Shown piece by piece: positions 26,883-37,297 of a DNA stretch of 64,000 nucleotides. Below the pieces are notes generated by a model, which was given only the letters and a program-made list of their open reading frames with translations, made no database searches and was not told where the DNA came from. A program made the position numbers and the translations under genes. The stretch lies in contig CAZUNO010000002.1 of the NCBI GenBank assembly GCA_964621445.1, positions 32,001 through 96,000 of the forward strand. Reading direction: 5' to 3'. Positions within the stretch are counted from its first letter, which is position 1. Each line of letters begins with the position of its first letter. This stretch comes from Candidatus Hadarchaeota archaeon. Its GTDB lineage: Archaea; CAYQAE01; CAYVLA01.

Positions 26883-29800
26883 CTAGGGAGCCCTGATAGA
26901 GATACGATATTCATCACCCTCCAATTGCCAGCTCTTTTGATATGACTCCTCCAATCCACGTCCAAAACTCAGCGATTTAGCCCTTGTCTCGGTGGATATA
27001 TAATCCTCATAATCGGCAAGCCTATCCAGGCCAGGACCATCCACTGCCACCTCGATGAAGTCGTCAACATCAAGATCCATATCCTTTCTCATATCCTGGA
27101 CTCGCCTCACTATCTCCTTGGCCATGCCCTCGCGTTTTAAATCCTTGCTGAGCCTGCAATCAACGACCACGGTTCCAGAGGCGAATTCGGAATCCGAATA
27201 GTACTCAGGCATCTCCTTTTCAAAGGATACATGTTCAGGGCGCACCCGGAAATCCCTCTTTTCGGTGTGCAAGATGAAATAATCCTGTTCGTCAAAGGCC
27301 TCCTTCACTTCCTTAGGATCCGAATTCAGCAGCCCATCAATTACCCGGTTTGCATCGGATCTAAACTCCCTCCCAATACTTGGGAGCTCTGGTTTTATCT
27401 CCAGCACGGATTCCACTTCATCCACACACTCAACCGACTTGCAGTTCGTCTGCTCCGTAAATACCCTATCCAGGTCCCGAAGGGCTTGCTTTACCTCCTG
27501 ATCCTCGGTTTTCACCATTATCCTGCCCACCGGCTGTCTGAGCTTTATCCCTGCCCTCTGCCTAGCCGCCAGGGAGGATTCGACCAGTGATCTAACGATC
27601 GCCATGGAACCTTCGAGACTTGAATCGGTCAGGCCCTCATCGGCAGCTGGCCAGCCCTGGAGATGAACGCTATCCGGCGTCGAGGAGCTCCTAACCAGCT
27701 TCTGGAAGATCTCTTCCGTTATATGTGGGGTTATGGGTGCCATGAGTCTCAGGAGGCGTTCGATTGCATAGTGGAGGCTGAAATAGCAGGCCAGCTTGTC
27801 AGGATCCTCGGACTCTATCCAGGTTCTATCCCTGGCCAGTCTGACGTACCACCTGCTGAGGTCGTCCAGGATGAATTTCTGGAGATCCCTGGTGGCATGC
27901 AGAAAATTCATCCCATCCAGGGACTCGGTCGTGCTCTCTATGAGCGAGTTAACCCTCGATATGAGCCAACGGTCCTCCGGTCTCAGGTGGCCCTCGACCC
28001 GCGAGGCTTCAAAATTCCGGGGGAATTCATCCAGCTCCATGTAGGTGGAAGCAAAGACGCAAACGTTCCAGAAGACGTTGATCATGCGCTGTATGGTGGT
28101 GAGTTCGTCGAAATTAAACTTCAGGTCCTCCCAGGGAAGGGTAGCCCATAGCAGGTAGTACCTGAACACATCTGCGCCAAACCTATCCACCACATCGTCG
28201 GGGTCAACTGCATTTCCCAGAGATTTGGACATCTTCCTGCCCTCGGCATTGAGGGAGAATCCGTGCATCAACACCTTTCTATAGCAGGATTCATCGAAGG
28301 TTATCACGCTCGCCGCCTGAAGGGAATAGAACCACTTGCCTACCTGATCTGACCCCTCCATGATGAGATCAGCCGGCCATATGGACAGGGCATCTGGATC
28401 TGAAGGGTAGCCAAGGGAACTCCAGGACGCTATCCCCGAATCGAACCACACATCTATTATGTCTGGGATCCTTGTCATCCTCCCTCCACATTCGCATTCC
28501 AGTTCTATTCTATCTACGCTGGGCCTGTGAGGATCGAAATTATCGGGATCTATCTCCGACGTGGAGAGCGAAGCCAGCTCCGTATATGACCCCACCACGG
28601 TCATCTTCCCGCAATCGCCACATATCCAGATTGGCATTGGTATTCCCCAATACCTGTTTCTGGAAAGACACCAGTCCCCTGCATATTCCACGCCGTTCTC
28701 ATATCTCTCGGACACCCAATCGGGTACCCAATCTACATCCCCATTCTCCTCGATTATCCTGTCCTTTATCTTGCTTATCTCCAGGAACCATTGTTCCCTG
28801 GCCATGAAAAGCAGGGGCGTCTTGCATCGCCAACAGTGAGGATAGCTATGTTTAATTATTCCCTCGTGGACGTAATAACCGCTTGACTTAAGGTCCTCTA
28901 TCACCAGGGGGTCGGCATCCTTTACGTACATGCCGTTGTACTTGCCGCCCTCTTCGGTGAATCTACCGCCGGCGTCCAGGGGCGAAAAGATCGGTGCCCC
29001 TACCTCGCGGCCTACCTCAAAGTCCTCCTCACCATGTCCAGGTGAGGTATGAACACAGCCGGTTCCCTCCTCGAGATCGACGTATTCCGCCAGGACCAGT
29101 CGGTGAAATTCATCCGCCCACTCCCCTTGCTTCGGGACCTGCTCCAGAAGCGGGTGTTCATATTGGAGACCCTCCAGTTCCGTTCCCGGCATGGTCTCCA
29201 AAATCTGGTAATCTTCTATCCCCGTCTGCTCCATAACCCTTTCCACGAGCTCGGAGGCCATTATCCACTTCTCATCCCCCACCAATACCCTGGCATACTC
29301 GAAATCGGGCTTTACCATAACCAATAGGTTTGAGGGAAGTGTCCATGGAGTAGTGGTCCACACCAGGACGTATTGGTCTGTAGCGTCCCTAATCTTGAAT
29401 TTGATATAGATGGATGGATCCTCTCGGTCTTCATAAGCCCCCCTGACCTCATGTTCAGCTAGAGCCGTCTCACAGCGAGGGCACCAGTGCACTACTCTTA
29501 CATCCTGAACCAGCAGGCCCTTTTCATAGGCCTTCTTTATGGTGTCCCAGCCGGCCTCCATGTACTTGGAATTGAATGTGACGTAGGGATCGTCCCAATC
29601 CATCCACACGCCAAGCCTCTTAAACTGATCGGTCATGGTCTTCAAGTGGCTCTGGGCATAACTCTTGCAGGCATCGATGAACTTTTCGACCCCAACCACG
29701 TCCTCGATATCCTTCTTGCTTTTCAGATCGAGTTCCTTCTCCACCTTAACCTCGATGGGAAGTCCATGGGAGTCCCATCCAGGCTGCCTCCTCACGTTCT

Positions 29801-30032
29801 TCCCCTTCATTGATAGATATCTGAGCACCGCTCCCTTGATGATCTTATTCCATGCCGTCCCGATGTGTATTCTACCACTACAATAGGGGGGCCCGTCAAG
29901 GAAGTAAAAGACGGGTTTGTCGGAGTTTCTCTCCTTGGATCTGGGGTATATACGGTTCTCTACCCACCAGGACTGGACGTCTTCCTCCAGCCCCTTCAGA
30001 TCCAGCTTCTTCTGAAGAGCTTCTACAGCCAT
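26883..30032 (-). CDS. ileS: Isoleucine--tRNA ligase
   Basis: FLDGPPY...HIGTAWNK, GWDSHGLPIE, WTTTPWTLPSN, WCLSRNRYWG, KMSKSLGN; start taken at MAVEAL (the ORF extends to 30059). Confidence 0.97.
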   Translation of the reverse strand: MAVEALQKKLDLKGLEEDVQSWWVENRIYPRSKERNSDKPVFYFLDGPPYCSGRIHIGTAWNKIIKGAVLRYLSMKGKNVRRQPGWDSHGLPIEVKVEKELDLKSKKDIEDVVGVEKFIDACKSYAQSHLKTMTDQFKRLGVWMDWDDPYVTFNSKYMEAGWDTIKKAYEKGLLVQDVRVVHWCPRCETALAEHEVRGAYEDREDPSIYIKFKIRDATDQYVLVWTTTPWTLPSNLLVMVKPDFEYARVLVGDEKWIMASELVERVMEQTGIEDYQILETMPGTELEGLQYEHPLLEQVPKQGEWADEFHRLVLAEYVDLEEGTGCVHTSPGHGEEDFEVGREVGAPIFSPLDAGGRFTEEGGKYNGMYVKDADPLVIEDLKSSGYYVHEGIIKHSYPHCWRCKTPLLFMAREQWFLEISKIKDRIIEENGDVDWVPDWVSERYENGVEYAGDWCLSRNRYWGIPMPIWICGDCGKMTVVGSYTELASLSTSEIDPDNFDPHRPSVDRIELECECGGRMTRIPDIIDVWFDSGIASWSSLGYPSDPDALSIWPADLIMEGSDQVGKWFYSLQAASVITFDESCYRKVLMHGFSLNAEGRKMSKSLGNAVDPDDVVDRFGADVFRYYLLWATLPWEDLKFNFDELTTIQRMINVFWNVCVFASTYMELDEFPRNFEASRVEGHLRPEDRWLISRVNSLIESTTESLDGMNFLHATRDLQKFILDDLSRWYVRLARDRTWIESEDPDKLACYFSLHYAIERLLRLMAPITPHITEEIFQKLVRSSSTPDSVHLQGWPAADEGLTDSSLEGSMAIVRSLVESSLAARQRAGIKLRQPVGRIMVKTEDQEVKQALRDLDRVFTEQTNCKSVECVDEVESVLEIKPELPSIGREFRSDANRVIDGLLNSDPKEVKEAFDEQDYFILHTEKRDFRVRPEHVSFEKEMPEYYSDSEFASGTVVVDCRLSKDLKREGMAKEIVRRVQDMRKDMDLDVDDFIEVAVDGPGLDRLADYEDYISTETRAKSLSFGRGLEESYQKSWQLEGDEYRISIRAP

Positions 30033-30158
30033 TTTGTAGCCCGTCCGGCGGGCTTCCATCGTTCAGCAGTTAATTAAGTGTTTCTCGTCAGAAAATTAAC
30101 CCGCATGGTGCCCGACAACATTTAAGATAACTACACACGGTGCCTTCCCAAGCTAGGT

Positions 30159-31619
30159 GTGTCCTTGGAACCGTTCGAAATGAATGCCCATGATGCAGTA
30201 GAGGCAATTCGAGGCGGTGAGCTTACCTCGGTTGAAGTTACTAGTTCCGTACTTTCCAGAATAGGTGATGTCGACGGCGATGTTCGTGCATATATATCCG
30301 TGGACCGGGAAGGGGCCCTGAAGCGGGCGGCACAAATCGATAAACAGCTCTCGGATGGCAAATCGCCGGGCCTCCTGGCCGGTGTTCCGGTGGCCGTAAA
30401 GGACAGCATAGTGACCAAGGACCTTCGCACGACATGTGGTTCCCGGATGCTGGAGAATTTTTCTCCCCCCTATTCAGCCACCTCGGTCAGCAGGCTATTG
30501 GAGCAAGGAGCGGTCGTAGTTGGCAAGACCAACTGTGACGAGTTCTGCATGGGAACCACGACGGAGACGAGTTACTTCGGGCCAACACATAATCCCTGGG
30601 ACCTGGACCGGGTTCCAGGAGGTTCCTCGGGCGGTAGCGCTGCCTGCATAGCGGCGGACGAAGCACTTACCTCCCTGGGTACGGACACCGGGGGTTCCAT
30701 TCGCTGTCCGGCAGCCTTCTGCGGAACTATTGGATTGAAGCCAACATACGGCAGGGTCAGTAGGTATGGCCTCATAGCTTATGCAAGCAGCCTCGACCAA
30801 ATTGGGACCTTGACCAAGGACGTTCAGGACTCCGCACTTCTCCTATCTTCCCTGGCTGGAAAGGACGAGATGGATTCGACCAGTATTGACAAACCAGTGG
30901 AGGATTATCTTGGTTACCTGGATCAGGGCATAGAAGGAGACCGCTTTGCGGTGCCCGGAGAATTCATATCCGACGCCACCGATGAATCGGTTGGGAAGGC
31001 CACCTGGAAGATTTCCGATGTACTCGAAAATCAGGGAGCCGAGAGGGTGGATGTGTCCCTTCCCTCCCTGGATTATTCTCTGCCCACCTATTACATCCTG
31101 GCCATGTGTGAGGCGAGCTCCAACCTGGCCCGTTATGACGGGGTCAGGTACGGATATTCAGTCGAATCAAAGGCCGACTGGATCCAGGCATTCTCAAAGA
31201 CCCGGGGTAGGGGTTTTGGCCCCGAGGTACGAAGACGAATCATTCTTGGAACCTATGCCCTCTCGGCCGGGTATTATGACGCCTATTACAGCAAGGCATT
31301 AAAGATTCGGACCTTGATCAAGCGGGATTTTGAAAAGGCCTACGAGAAGGTGGATTACCTGGTCACCCCTACAATGCCCGTTCCTCCCTGGAAAATAGGG
31401 GAAATGGCAGATCCGTTGACCATGTATCTGCAGGACATAGACACCGTTCCGGTCAACCTTATTGGTGCACCGGCACTTTCCTACCCCTCAGGACTGTCCG
31501 ATGGACTGCCCATAGGAGTGCAGCTAATCGGTAGGTATTTCGAGGAAGGCACCATACTCAGGGCTGCCCGGGCCCTGGAAAAGAAAATGCCCTTCCAAAA
31601 TCGGCCTCCTATACGATAA
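30159..31619 (+). CDS. gatA: Asp-tRNA(Asn)/Glu-tRNA(Gln) amidotransferase subunit A
   Basis: Amidase signature PGGSSGGSAA, GTDTGGSIRCPA, SSNLARYDGVRYG, RRIILGTYALSAGYYDAYY. Confidence 0.96.
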   Translation: MSLEPFEMNAHDAVEAIRGGELTSVEVTSSVLSRIGDVDGDVRAYISVDREGALKRAAQIDKQLSDGKSPGLLAGVPVAVKDSIVTKDLRTTCGSRMLENFSPPYSATSVSRLLEQGAVVVGKTNCDEFCMGTTTETSYFGPTHNPWDLDRVPGGSSGGSAACIAADEALTSLGTDTGGSIRCPAAFCGTIGLKPTYGRVSRYGLIAYASSLDQIGTLTKDVQDSALLLSSLAGKDEMDSTSIDKPVEDYLGYLDQGIEGDRFAVPGEFISDATDESVGKATWKISDVLENQGAERVDVSLPSLDYSLPTYYILAMCEASSNLARYDGVRYGYSVESKADWIQAFSKTRGRGFGPEVRRRIILGTYALSAGYYDAYYSKALKIRTLIKRDFEKAYEKVDYLVTPTMPVPPWKIGEMADPLTMYLQDIDTVPVNLIGAPALSYPSGLSDGLPIGVQLIGRYFEEGTILRAARALEKKMPFQNRPPIR

Positions 31620-31650
31620 ACCATTTTTCAGCAAGGAAACTCAACCCTGG

Positions 31651-31893
31651 ATGAGAATTAAAATGGCCATAAATTGGGTTCGACTGGCATGGACCTTGGG
31701 TTTCGCGGTGCTTGGGCTTACAGCCATCTTCATCTACATAGGATATATGCAAAAATACAACAGGAATTCGCAACTGGTGGAAAAGGAGATCCAATCATCA
31801 CCCCTTTCAAAGAGACCGGAACCAAAATCCTCATCCAAGAAAAGGAGAACTCCGAGACCCAGGGAAAGCAGAAGGTACAGGCGCAAGAAGTAA
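31651..31893 (+). CDS. Small single-pass membrane protein with a basic tail
   Basis: One TM helix followed by a K/R-rich C-terminus; fills the gatA-radA gap. Confidence 0.5.
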   Translation: MRIKMAINWVRLAWTLGFAVLGLTAIFIYIGYMQKYNRNSQLVEKEIQSSPLSKRPEPKSSSKKRRTPRPRESRRYRRKK

Positions 31894-31925
31894 TCTAAGG
31901 ATCGTCTCTGGGGCCAGGACATAAT

Positions 31926-32885
31926 CTAATCGGTGACCCCACCCTCGCCTATGGAAAACACGGTCTCCCCCTCCGCCAGATAGGGGCTGTCCACAAGCCT
32001 AGCGATCCTCTTATTTCCCTTGGCCTTTCTTAAAAATACCCGGTGGGTGCACTGGTGGGCAACTATATTCCCCCCTACGGGGGCTACCTGATCACCCAGA
32101 AGCATATCCACCTTGGCAAGTACCTGATTGGTCACCAAAACGGCAAGGTTGTGCATGTCCGCCAGTTTCTGTAGTTCGTGTACGTGCCGGTTCAGTTTTT
32201 GTTGTCTCTCGGCCAGCAGAGCCCTTCCCGCATATTCCGACCTGAAATATGAGGTGAGGGAGTCAACGATCAGGATCCGGACATTCCAATCATCGGCGAT
32301 ATTCTCCACCTCGCGAACCAATTCCATCTGATGGTCCGAGCTCTTCGCCTTTCCCACCTTGATATTGGTCAGGATATCCGAGCCGTCCTTATCCAGGTAT
32401 TCGGCCATCTGGATTATTCTCTCCGGCCTAAAGGTATTTTCGGTATCGATATACACCACCCTTCCACCAATGCCTCCCTTTTCCTCTGGAAGCTGTACCA
32501 TTACCGCGGCCTGGTGGGCTATCTGGGTCTTGCCGGAGGCAAACTCGCCGTACAGTTCCGTAATGGCCTGTGTCTCGATCCCGCCTCCCAGAAGGGTGTC
32601 CAGACGCTCGCTTCCGGTGGGTACCTTGCGCACCTGTCCCCTCTTTTCAAGAATGATATCGGCGGTCTCGAAACCCATGTTCATTACCGATCTCGCCGAT
32701 CTGATTATCCTCTCCGCCGTATCCTCTGAAATGGAAAGGTCCCCCGACAGTACTACCGGGGATTGTACGGCCAGGTTTCGTATGGTACTGTAACCAGCCT
32801 CCCGCAATTTCTTGGCCGTGGACGGTCCCACTGAATCCAGGGACTCGATATCATCGGCCTCTTGCTCCGGGCTAGTAGCGGCCAT
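31926..32885 (-). CDS. radA: DNA repair and recombination protein RadA
   Basis: N-terminal HhH (VGPSTAKKLREAGY), GGGIETQAITELYGEFASGKTQ, YIDTENTFRPERI, LAERQQKLN, RLVDSP. Confidence 0.97.
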   Translation of the reverse strand: MAATSPEQEADDIESLDSVGPSTAKKLREAGYSTIRNLAVQSPVVLSGDLSISEDTAERIIRSARSVMNMGFETADIILEKRGQVRKVPTGSERLDTLLGGGIETQAITELYGEFASGKTQIAHQAAVMVQLPEEKGGIGGRVVYIDTENTFRPERIIQMAEYLDKDGSDILTNIKVGKAKSSDHQMELVREVENIADDWNVRILIVDSLTSYFRSEYAGRALLAERQQKLNRHVHELQKLADMHNLAVLVTNQVLAKVDMLLGDQVAPVGGNIVAHQCTHRVFLRKAKGNKRIARLVDSPYLAEGETVFSIGEGGVTD

Positions 32886-34726
32886 TAATTATCACCCGAT
32901 AATTCCTCCACCATGGAGACTACCTCTTTCCTCGGGTCCGGTACCTCAACCTCTCCAACTCTAAGACATTCGTTGAGTAAAACCCCGGTGAACAGGAACT
33001 CCAATCCCTTTCGAAAACGGGACCTCATATCGTGAACGGGGCCATCATCGTTGAACAGGGGATCTGATCCCTTTCCGAAGATCGTGCATCGAACCTGGCC
33101 TGAGCCATCATCCAAAAGGCAGGAACAGATGGGTATTTCTTCGCCAAAAGAGGACGTGGTCCTGGCGTCAGTTAAAGCCACGGCTGCTGCGCGTATCTCT
33201 GACCTAACGGCGGGCTCCAGGTCCCTGATGGTGGTCCGGGAAGGGCTCCCCTCCGGGGGCTTTGGTACCTCCTCCTGCAGGTTATTAACCTGGCCCTGGG
33301 ACGAGACATGGACTTCTCCCAGATCATTGACCTTGACACCGGTCAACTTGATTGTGGCCCCCGGCTCCATATCCTTAACACTTTCCACGTGGCCATTCCA
33401 AAACACGGTGGTGGTTCTCCCGGTAACGTCTCCTACCACCGTCCGTACCAGCTTTGAATCCTCGAACTCCTCGGGAAGCCCCACCTCAATCATACGAACA
33501 TCAAGATCGACATTGGACATTCCGGGCTGCAGGTCGCAAATCAAAGGCTCGAAATCCTCAACTTCGATCACCACACGGCCTCTCCAGCCCACGTGAATCT
33601 CAAGTTCATCGTTTCTACCCTTCTTGGTGTATGCGTTTTCAACCGTGACCTCCGAGCCCTCGACCAGGTTATCGGCCATATCCGCGGCCTCCCCCCAGAG
33701 AACGAGTCTGATCTCTCCTGTATCATCGCTAATTATTAGGTTGGCTACCTTACCTTCCTCACCATTTATGCGACTGAAGCTCCTCTTGCCAAAATTCCTC
33801 TCCACCCTGCCACGGACATCCACATCCCTCATCGAATCGGTTACCTTGGAAATGGGGGTCAGGTTTGATTCAATCTCCGGGAGATCGCCTCCGCTTTCCT
33901 CTTTTACCTCAATTTCCGAGGAGGAGGAACAGTGTATCTCCACGGCATCGTTAAAACCCTCCTTGGTATATGCCCCGGTTATCCTTACGACGCTCCCCTT
34001 TCTTAGCCTCCGTATACCTTCAGTTTTTTCATTCCAGAGGGAAACTCGGATCTCCCCAGTTTCGTCCCGGAGGAAAACAGACACAACCCTGCCCTCCCTA
34101 CCATCGGCTCTATTGAAGGTGTTCACGCTGGACACGGAGGACACCACCCCCTCTATGGTCACGTCCCTCATGCCATTCTCGACGTCCCCCACCTTGACCT
34201 CGGTTTCCTCTAACTCGGGCATCGATTCCGATATGGCCGGATTCACCACCAGCCTGCCCCGACGACCTATATGGACTTCCACGTCTCCCGACAGCCCGGT
34301 CCTGGTATAACCCGACCTTACCTGAACAACATCTCCCCGTTTCACTCTCTTCTTCTCAACGGGCTTGGTCTTCTCCCCCCAAAGAACCAAACGAACGTCC
34401 CCCGTCTCATCCATGATCCTTAGATTGGCTACCTTACCTGAACCGTCATCCCGTTCAAATTCACGTACACCGTAGACCCTAAGCACCCGACCCGCAATGT
34501 CCACGCTGCTCATTCCCGGGCTAAGGTTCTTGATCTTGAAGCTGACTTCGGGCGCCTTGAACTTGGCTCCCATCTCCCTGGCCAGTAGCTTAGCCGCTCC
34601 TACCTCGCTCAGAAGTCCATAGTGTTCCTTAACCTTGTCCTGGATCCTGGACCTGAACTCCTCCAAAGTAACTCGGTCACTAACCTTCTCGTATACGTCC
34701 TTGATTGCTTGGAGGTCGTCTGACAT
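32885..34726 (-). CDS. rpa: Replication protein A (multi-OB-fold ssDNA-binding protein)
   Basis: About 5 OB repeats (D[ED]TG.[VI]R..LW); TAATG stop/start overlap with radA; TATATAA box at ~34770-34777 on the minus strand. Confidence 0.9.
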   Translation of the reverse strand: MSDDLQAIKDVYEKVSDRVTLEEFRSRIQDKVKEHYGLLSEVGAAKLLAREMGAKFKAPEVSFKIKNLSPGMSSVDIAGRVLRVYGVREFERDDGSGKVANLRIMDETGDVRLVLWGEKTKPVEKKRVKRGDVVQVRSGYTRTGLSGDVEVHIGRRGRLVVNPAISESMPELEETEVKVGDVENGMRDVTIEGVVSSVSSVNTFNRADGREGRVVSVFLRDETGEIRVSLWNEKTEGIRRLRKGSVVRITGAYTKEGFNDAVEIHCSSSSEIEVKEESGGDLPEIESNLTPISKVTDSMRDVDVRGRVERNFGKRSFSRINGEEGKVANLIISDDTGEIRLVLWGEAADMADNLVEGSEVTVENAYTKKGRNDELEIHVGWRGRVVIEVEDFEPLICDLQPGMSNVDLDVRMIEVGLPEEFEDSKLVRTVVGDVTGRTTTVFWNGHVESVKDMEPGATIKLTGVKVNDLGEVHVSSQGQVNNLQEEVPKPPEGSPSRTTIRDLEPAVRSEIRAAAVALTDARTTSSFGEEIPICSCLLDDGSGQVRCTIFGKGSDPLFNDDGPVHDMRSRFRKGLEFLFTGVLLNECLRVGEVEVPDPRKEVVSMVEELSGDN

Positions 34727-34815
34727 TGGTATCCTCGCAGATCCCCATCACCCCAAACAGCATTTAGTCTTATATAGTTTACCGGAGGGGAATCTGAAAT
34801 TTCCTGAAACAAGGT

Positions 34816-35127
34816 CTACTTATTGAAATCCAGGTCAACACCACAATCCGGGCATTGCCCTCCGTAAGAGCCAAAACAAATCTTGCAGAGGATCTTGCCG
34901 CACTCCGGACATGTGAAGTACCCCCTCTTCATGGAGGTCGTTCCACAAACCGCGCAGGAAATGGTCTCCTTCTCGAAATGTTCAAGATCAATGCCGCAAT
35001 CGGGGCAATTCAGATCGTTCTCCTTTGCACACTTCTCGCAAAGCATCTTCCGGCAATATGGACAGCGATAATAACCGGTCTCTGGTAAGGGGGTCTCACA
35101 AAGGGCACATACTCTTTCTTTGGCCAA
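34816..35127 (-). CDS. Small protein with two tandem C4C4 (RING-like) zinc fingers
   Basis: Two copies of C-x2-C-x11-C-x2-C-x4-C-x2-C-x7-C-x2-C; TTG start at 35127 with AGGTGA RBS. Confidence 0.75.
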   Translation of the reverse strand: MAKERVCALCETPLPETGYYRCPYCRKMLCEKCAKENDLNCPDCGIDLEHFEKETISCAVCGTTSMKRGYFTCPECGKILCKICFGSYGGQCPDCGVDLDFNK

Positions 35128-35258
35128 TGGTTTCACCTGGGCTAGAGATATTATTGTCACCGGATCCCTCTCCTGACTTAATAATATATCCGTAACCATT
35201 CAAAACGGGCCGCCCGGGAGGGAAAACCTTTTTCCCAAAATAATCCCCACCAATATGG

Positions 35259-35990
35259 ATGAAGAGAAGATTCAGGGTGATGCCCGCGGTCGACATTAAG
35301 GAAGGGAAGTGCGTGACCTTGGTGGGGGGAGACCCATCCAAGCGGATTTCCGAGCTCGAGGACCCACTCCTGCAGGCCAGGAGATGGGAGAGATGTGGGT
35401 CAAGCATACTACACGTCATAGACCTGGATGGCGCATTGGGGGGACTTCCCGCCAACCTCGACCTAGTCAAGGATATAGCCCGTAAACTGGATATACCGGT
35501 TCAGTTTGGAGGGGGCATTAGAAGCTTGGAAGCAGCGGAGAAGATATTGAATTCGGGCATTTGGAGGATAATTCTTGGAACCCTGGCCCTACATGAGCCA
35601 TCGGTAATAGGGGACCTCTCATCAAGGTTTGACCCGGAGAGGATAATGGTCGCCCTTGATTTCAAGGAAGACAGGGTATTGACCCATGGCTGGAAATCCC
35701 GGTCGGATATTGACCCCTTTACTGCTGCCCAAAGATTCGAAAAATTGGGCGCGGGAAGCGTGCTATTCACAAACGTTGAAGTTGAGGGTAGGATGAAGGG
35801 GCTCCCTATGAAACCCATAAGGAAGATGGTTCGATCAGTTGATATGGAGGTCATTGCCAGCGGGGGCGTTTCCTCGATCGAGGACATAATCTCCATTAAG
35901 AGGGCAGGAGCACAAGGGGCGGTGGTGGGTGCCGCAATATACACGGAAAGAATTAATCTGCGGGAAGCAATAGACCGAGCAGAGAGATAG
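35259..35990 (+). CDS. hisA: ProFAR isomerase HisA
   Basis: PAVDIKEGKCV.L..GD, LHVIDLDGA, QFGGGIRS, IASGGVSS. Confidence 0.93.
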   Translation: MKRRFRVMPAVDIKEGKCVTLVGGDPSKRISELEDPLLQARRWERCGSSILHVIDLDGALGGLPANLDLVKDIARKLDIPVQFGGGIRSLEAAEKILNSGIWRIILGTLALHEPSVIGDLSSRFDPERIMVALDFKEDRVLTHGWKSRSDIDPFTAAQRFEKLGAGSVLFTNVEVEGRMKGLPMKPIRKMVRSVDMEVIASGGVSSIEDIISIKRAGAQGAVVGAAIYTERINLREAIDRAER

Positions 35991-36587
35991 GTGAAGATAA
36001 TGCTTAAGATAGAGAGGCAAAGGGAGACGAAGGAGACGGATGTATCCATTACCATGGATTTTGATGGATCCGGAAAATCCTCGATAAGTACCGGACTACC
36101 CTTCTTCGACCACATGTTAACCTCCATGGCCAGACATGGAAGGATAGACACCGAGATAGATGTTGAGGGGGATCTTGATGTAGACGACCATCACGTTACC
36201 GAGGACGTGGGAATAGTTCTCGGCGAGGTGATCCTGCAGGCCCAAAAGGAAAGACCCTCGATCCGACGCTTTGGGAGCGCCATAATACCCATGGATGATG
36301 CGCTTATACTCATGGCCATTGACCTTGGGGGCCGGACCTACGTGGATCTAAAGGTCGACTTCAAGAAGGAGTATGTCGGAAGCTTCGTCCTGGATAACAT
36401 CAAGCACTTCATGAGATCGATGGCCGATACCGCCTACATGAATCTCCATGCACACAAGTTATCGGGCAGCGACGATCACCACCTGGCGGAGGCACTATTC
36501 AAGAGCCTGGGAATAAGCCTCTCCCAAGCCCTGAAAAAGGATCCCTCACTCTCCGGAGAGATTCCCAGCACCAAGGGCAGGATCTAG
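35991..36587 (+). CDS. hisB: Imidazoleglycerol-phosphate dehydratase
   Basis: RETKETD, FFDHML, DDHHVTED, PMDDAL, DHHLAEALFK, PSTKG. Confidence 0.95.
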   Translation: MKIMLKIERQRETKETDVSITMDFDGSGKSSISTGLPFFDHMLTSMARHGRIDTEIDVEGDLDVDDHHVTEDVGIVLGEVILQAQKERPSIRRFGSAIIPMDDALILMAIDLGGRTYVDLKVDFKKEYVGSFVLDNIKHFMRSMADTAYMNLHAHKLSGSDDHHLAEALFKSLGISLSQALKKDPSLSGEIPSTKGRI

Positions 36588-37249
36588 GACGCTTCATTTC
36601 TTAGGGCTTTTAGGATAAGGAAAATGGCCACCCTTATCCCGCACCACACGGTAACCCCCCGCACGTACTTTTCATACTTTACCGGTACCTCCTTTACCCG
36701 TAGACCCTTGCGCCTCGCCTCGTACAGCAGCTCCGACTCTATCTCGTACTGGTTGGCGGTTAGGTCCATTCCTTCAAGAGCCGAGGCTCGTATGGCCTTC
36801 AACCCGCTCTGGCTATCCCTGACTGGGTTTCGAGTAATCGCATTGGTCAGCTTGGTAAGTCCCCAGTTCCCGATCCTCATGATAAGGGGCGCCGAATCGA
36901 AATAATTGACCCGGTTTCCCAGAACTATGTCCGCCTCGTCATTGAGGATGGGCTCCACCAGGTTGGGGATGTCACTCGGGTAGTGCTCGCCATCACCGTC
37001 AAGCCTTAGAATGATCTCGGCGTCGTATTCCTCCGCTTTCTCCAGCCCTTTCCTGTATGCTGATCCAACTCCCTGGTTCCTATCGATCTTGAACACCTTA
37101 GCCCCTCCCGCAGTCGCCTCCTGGGAGGATAGATCGGTGCTCCCATCATCGATCACTATAACGTTGTCCACATACTTTGAGGCCTCACGGGCTATTTCCT
37201 GAATGGTTTTCTCCTCGTTGTGGACCGGGATCACGCAAATGGTCTTCAA
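36584..37249 (-). CDS. GT2 polyprenol-phosphate glycosyltransferase (DPM1/ArnC-like)
   Basis: VIPVHNEEKTI, VIDDGSTD, NQGVGSA, LDGDGEH.P, DIVLGNR, DSQSGLKA. Confidence 0.9.
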   Translation of the reverse strand: MKTICVIPVHNEEKTIQEIAREASKYVDNVIVIDDGSTDLSSQEATAGGAKVFKIDRNQGVGSAYRKGLEKAEEYDAEIILRLDGDGEHYPSDIPNLVEPILNDEADIVLGNRVNYFDSAPLIMRIGNWGLTKLTNAITRNPVRDSQSGLKAIRASALEGMDLTANQYEIESELLYEARRKGLRVKEVPVKYEKYVRGVTVWCGIRVAIFLILKALRNEAS

Positions 37250-37297
37250 GTATAATCCCTTACCGTTTGGCTTGAAAGATATCCCGAAAATGCCACC

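Noticed and set aside
29825-29880. IleRS HIGT in place of HIGH, and KG in place of the usual KD
   Set aside because: HIGT-like variants are ordinary in archaeal IleRS, and a single substitution is not interpretable without an alignment.
33051-34310. Long antisense ORFs (also 35501-36151, 58802-59338, 62096-62860)
   Set aside because: They lie opposite well-supported genes and have no motifs; they are shadow ORFs.
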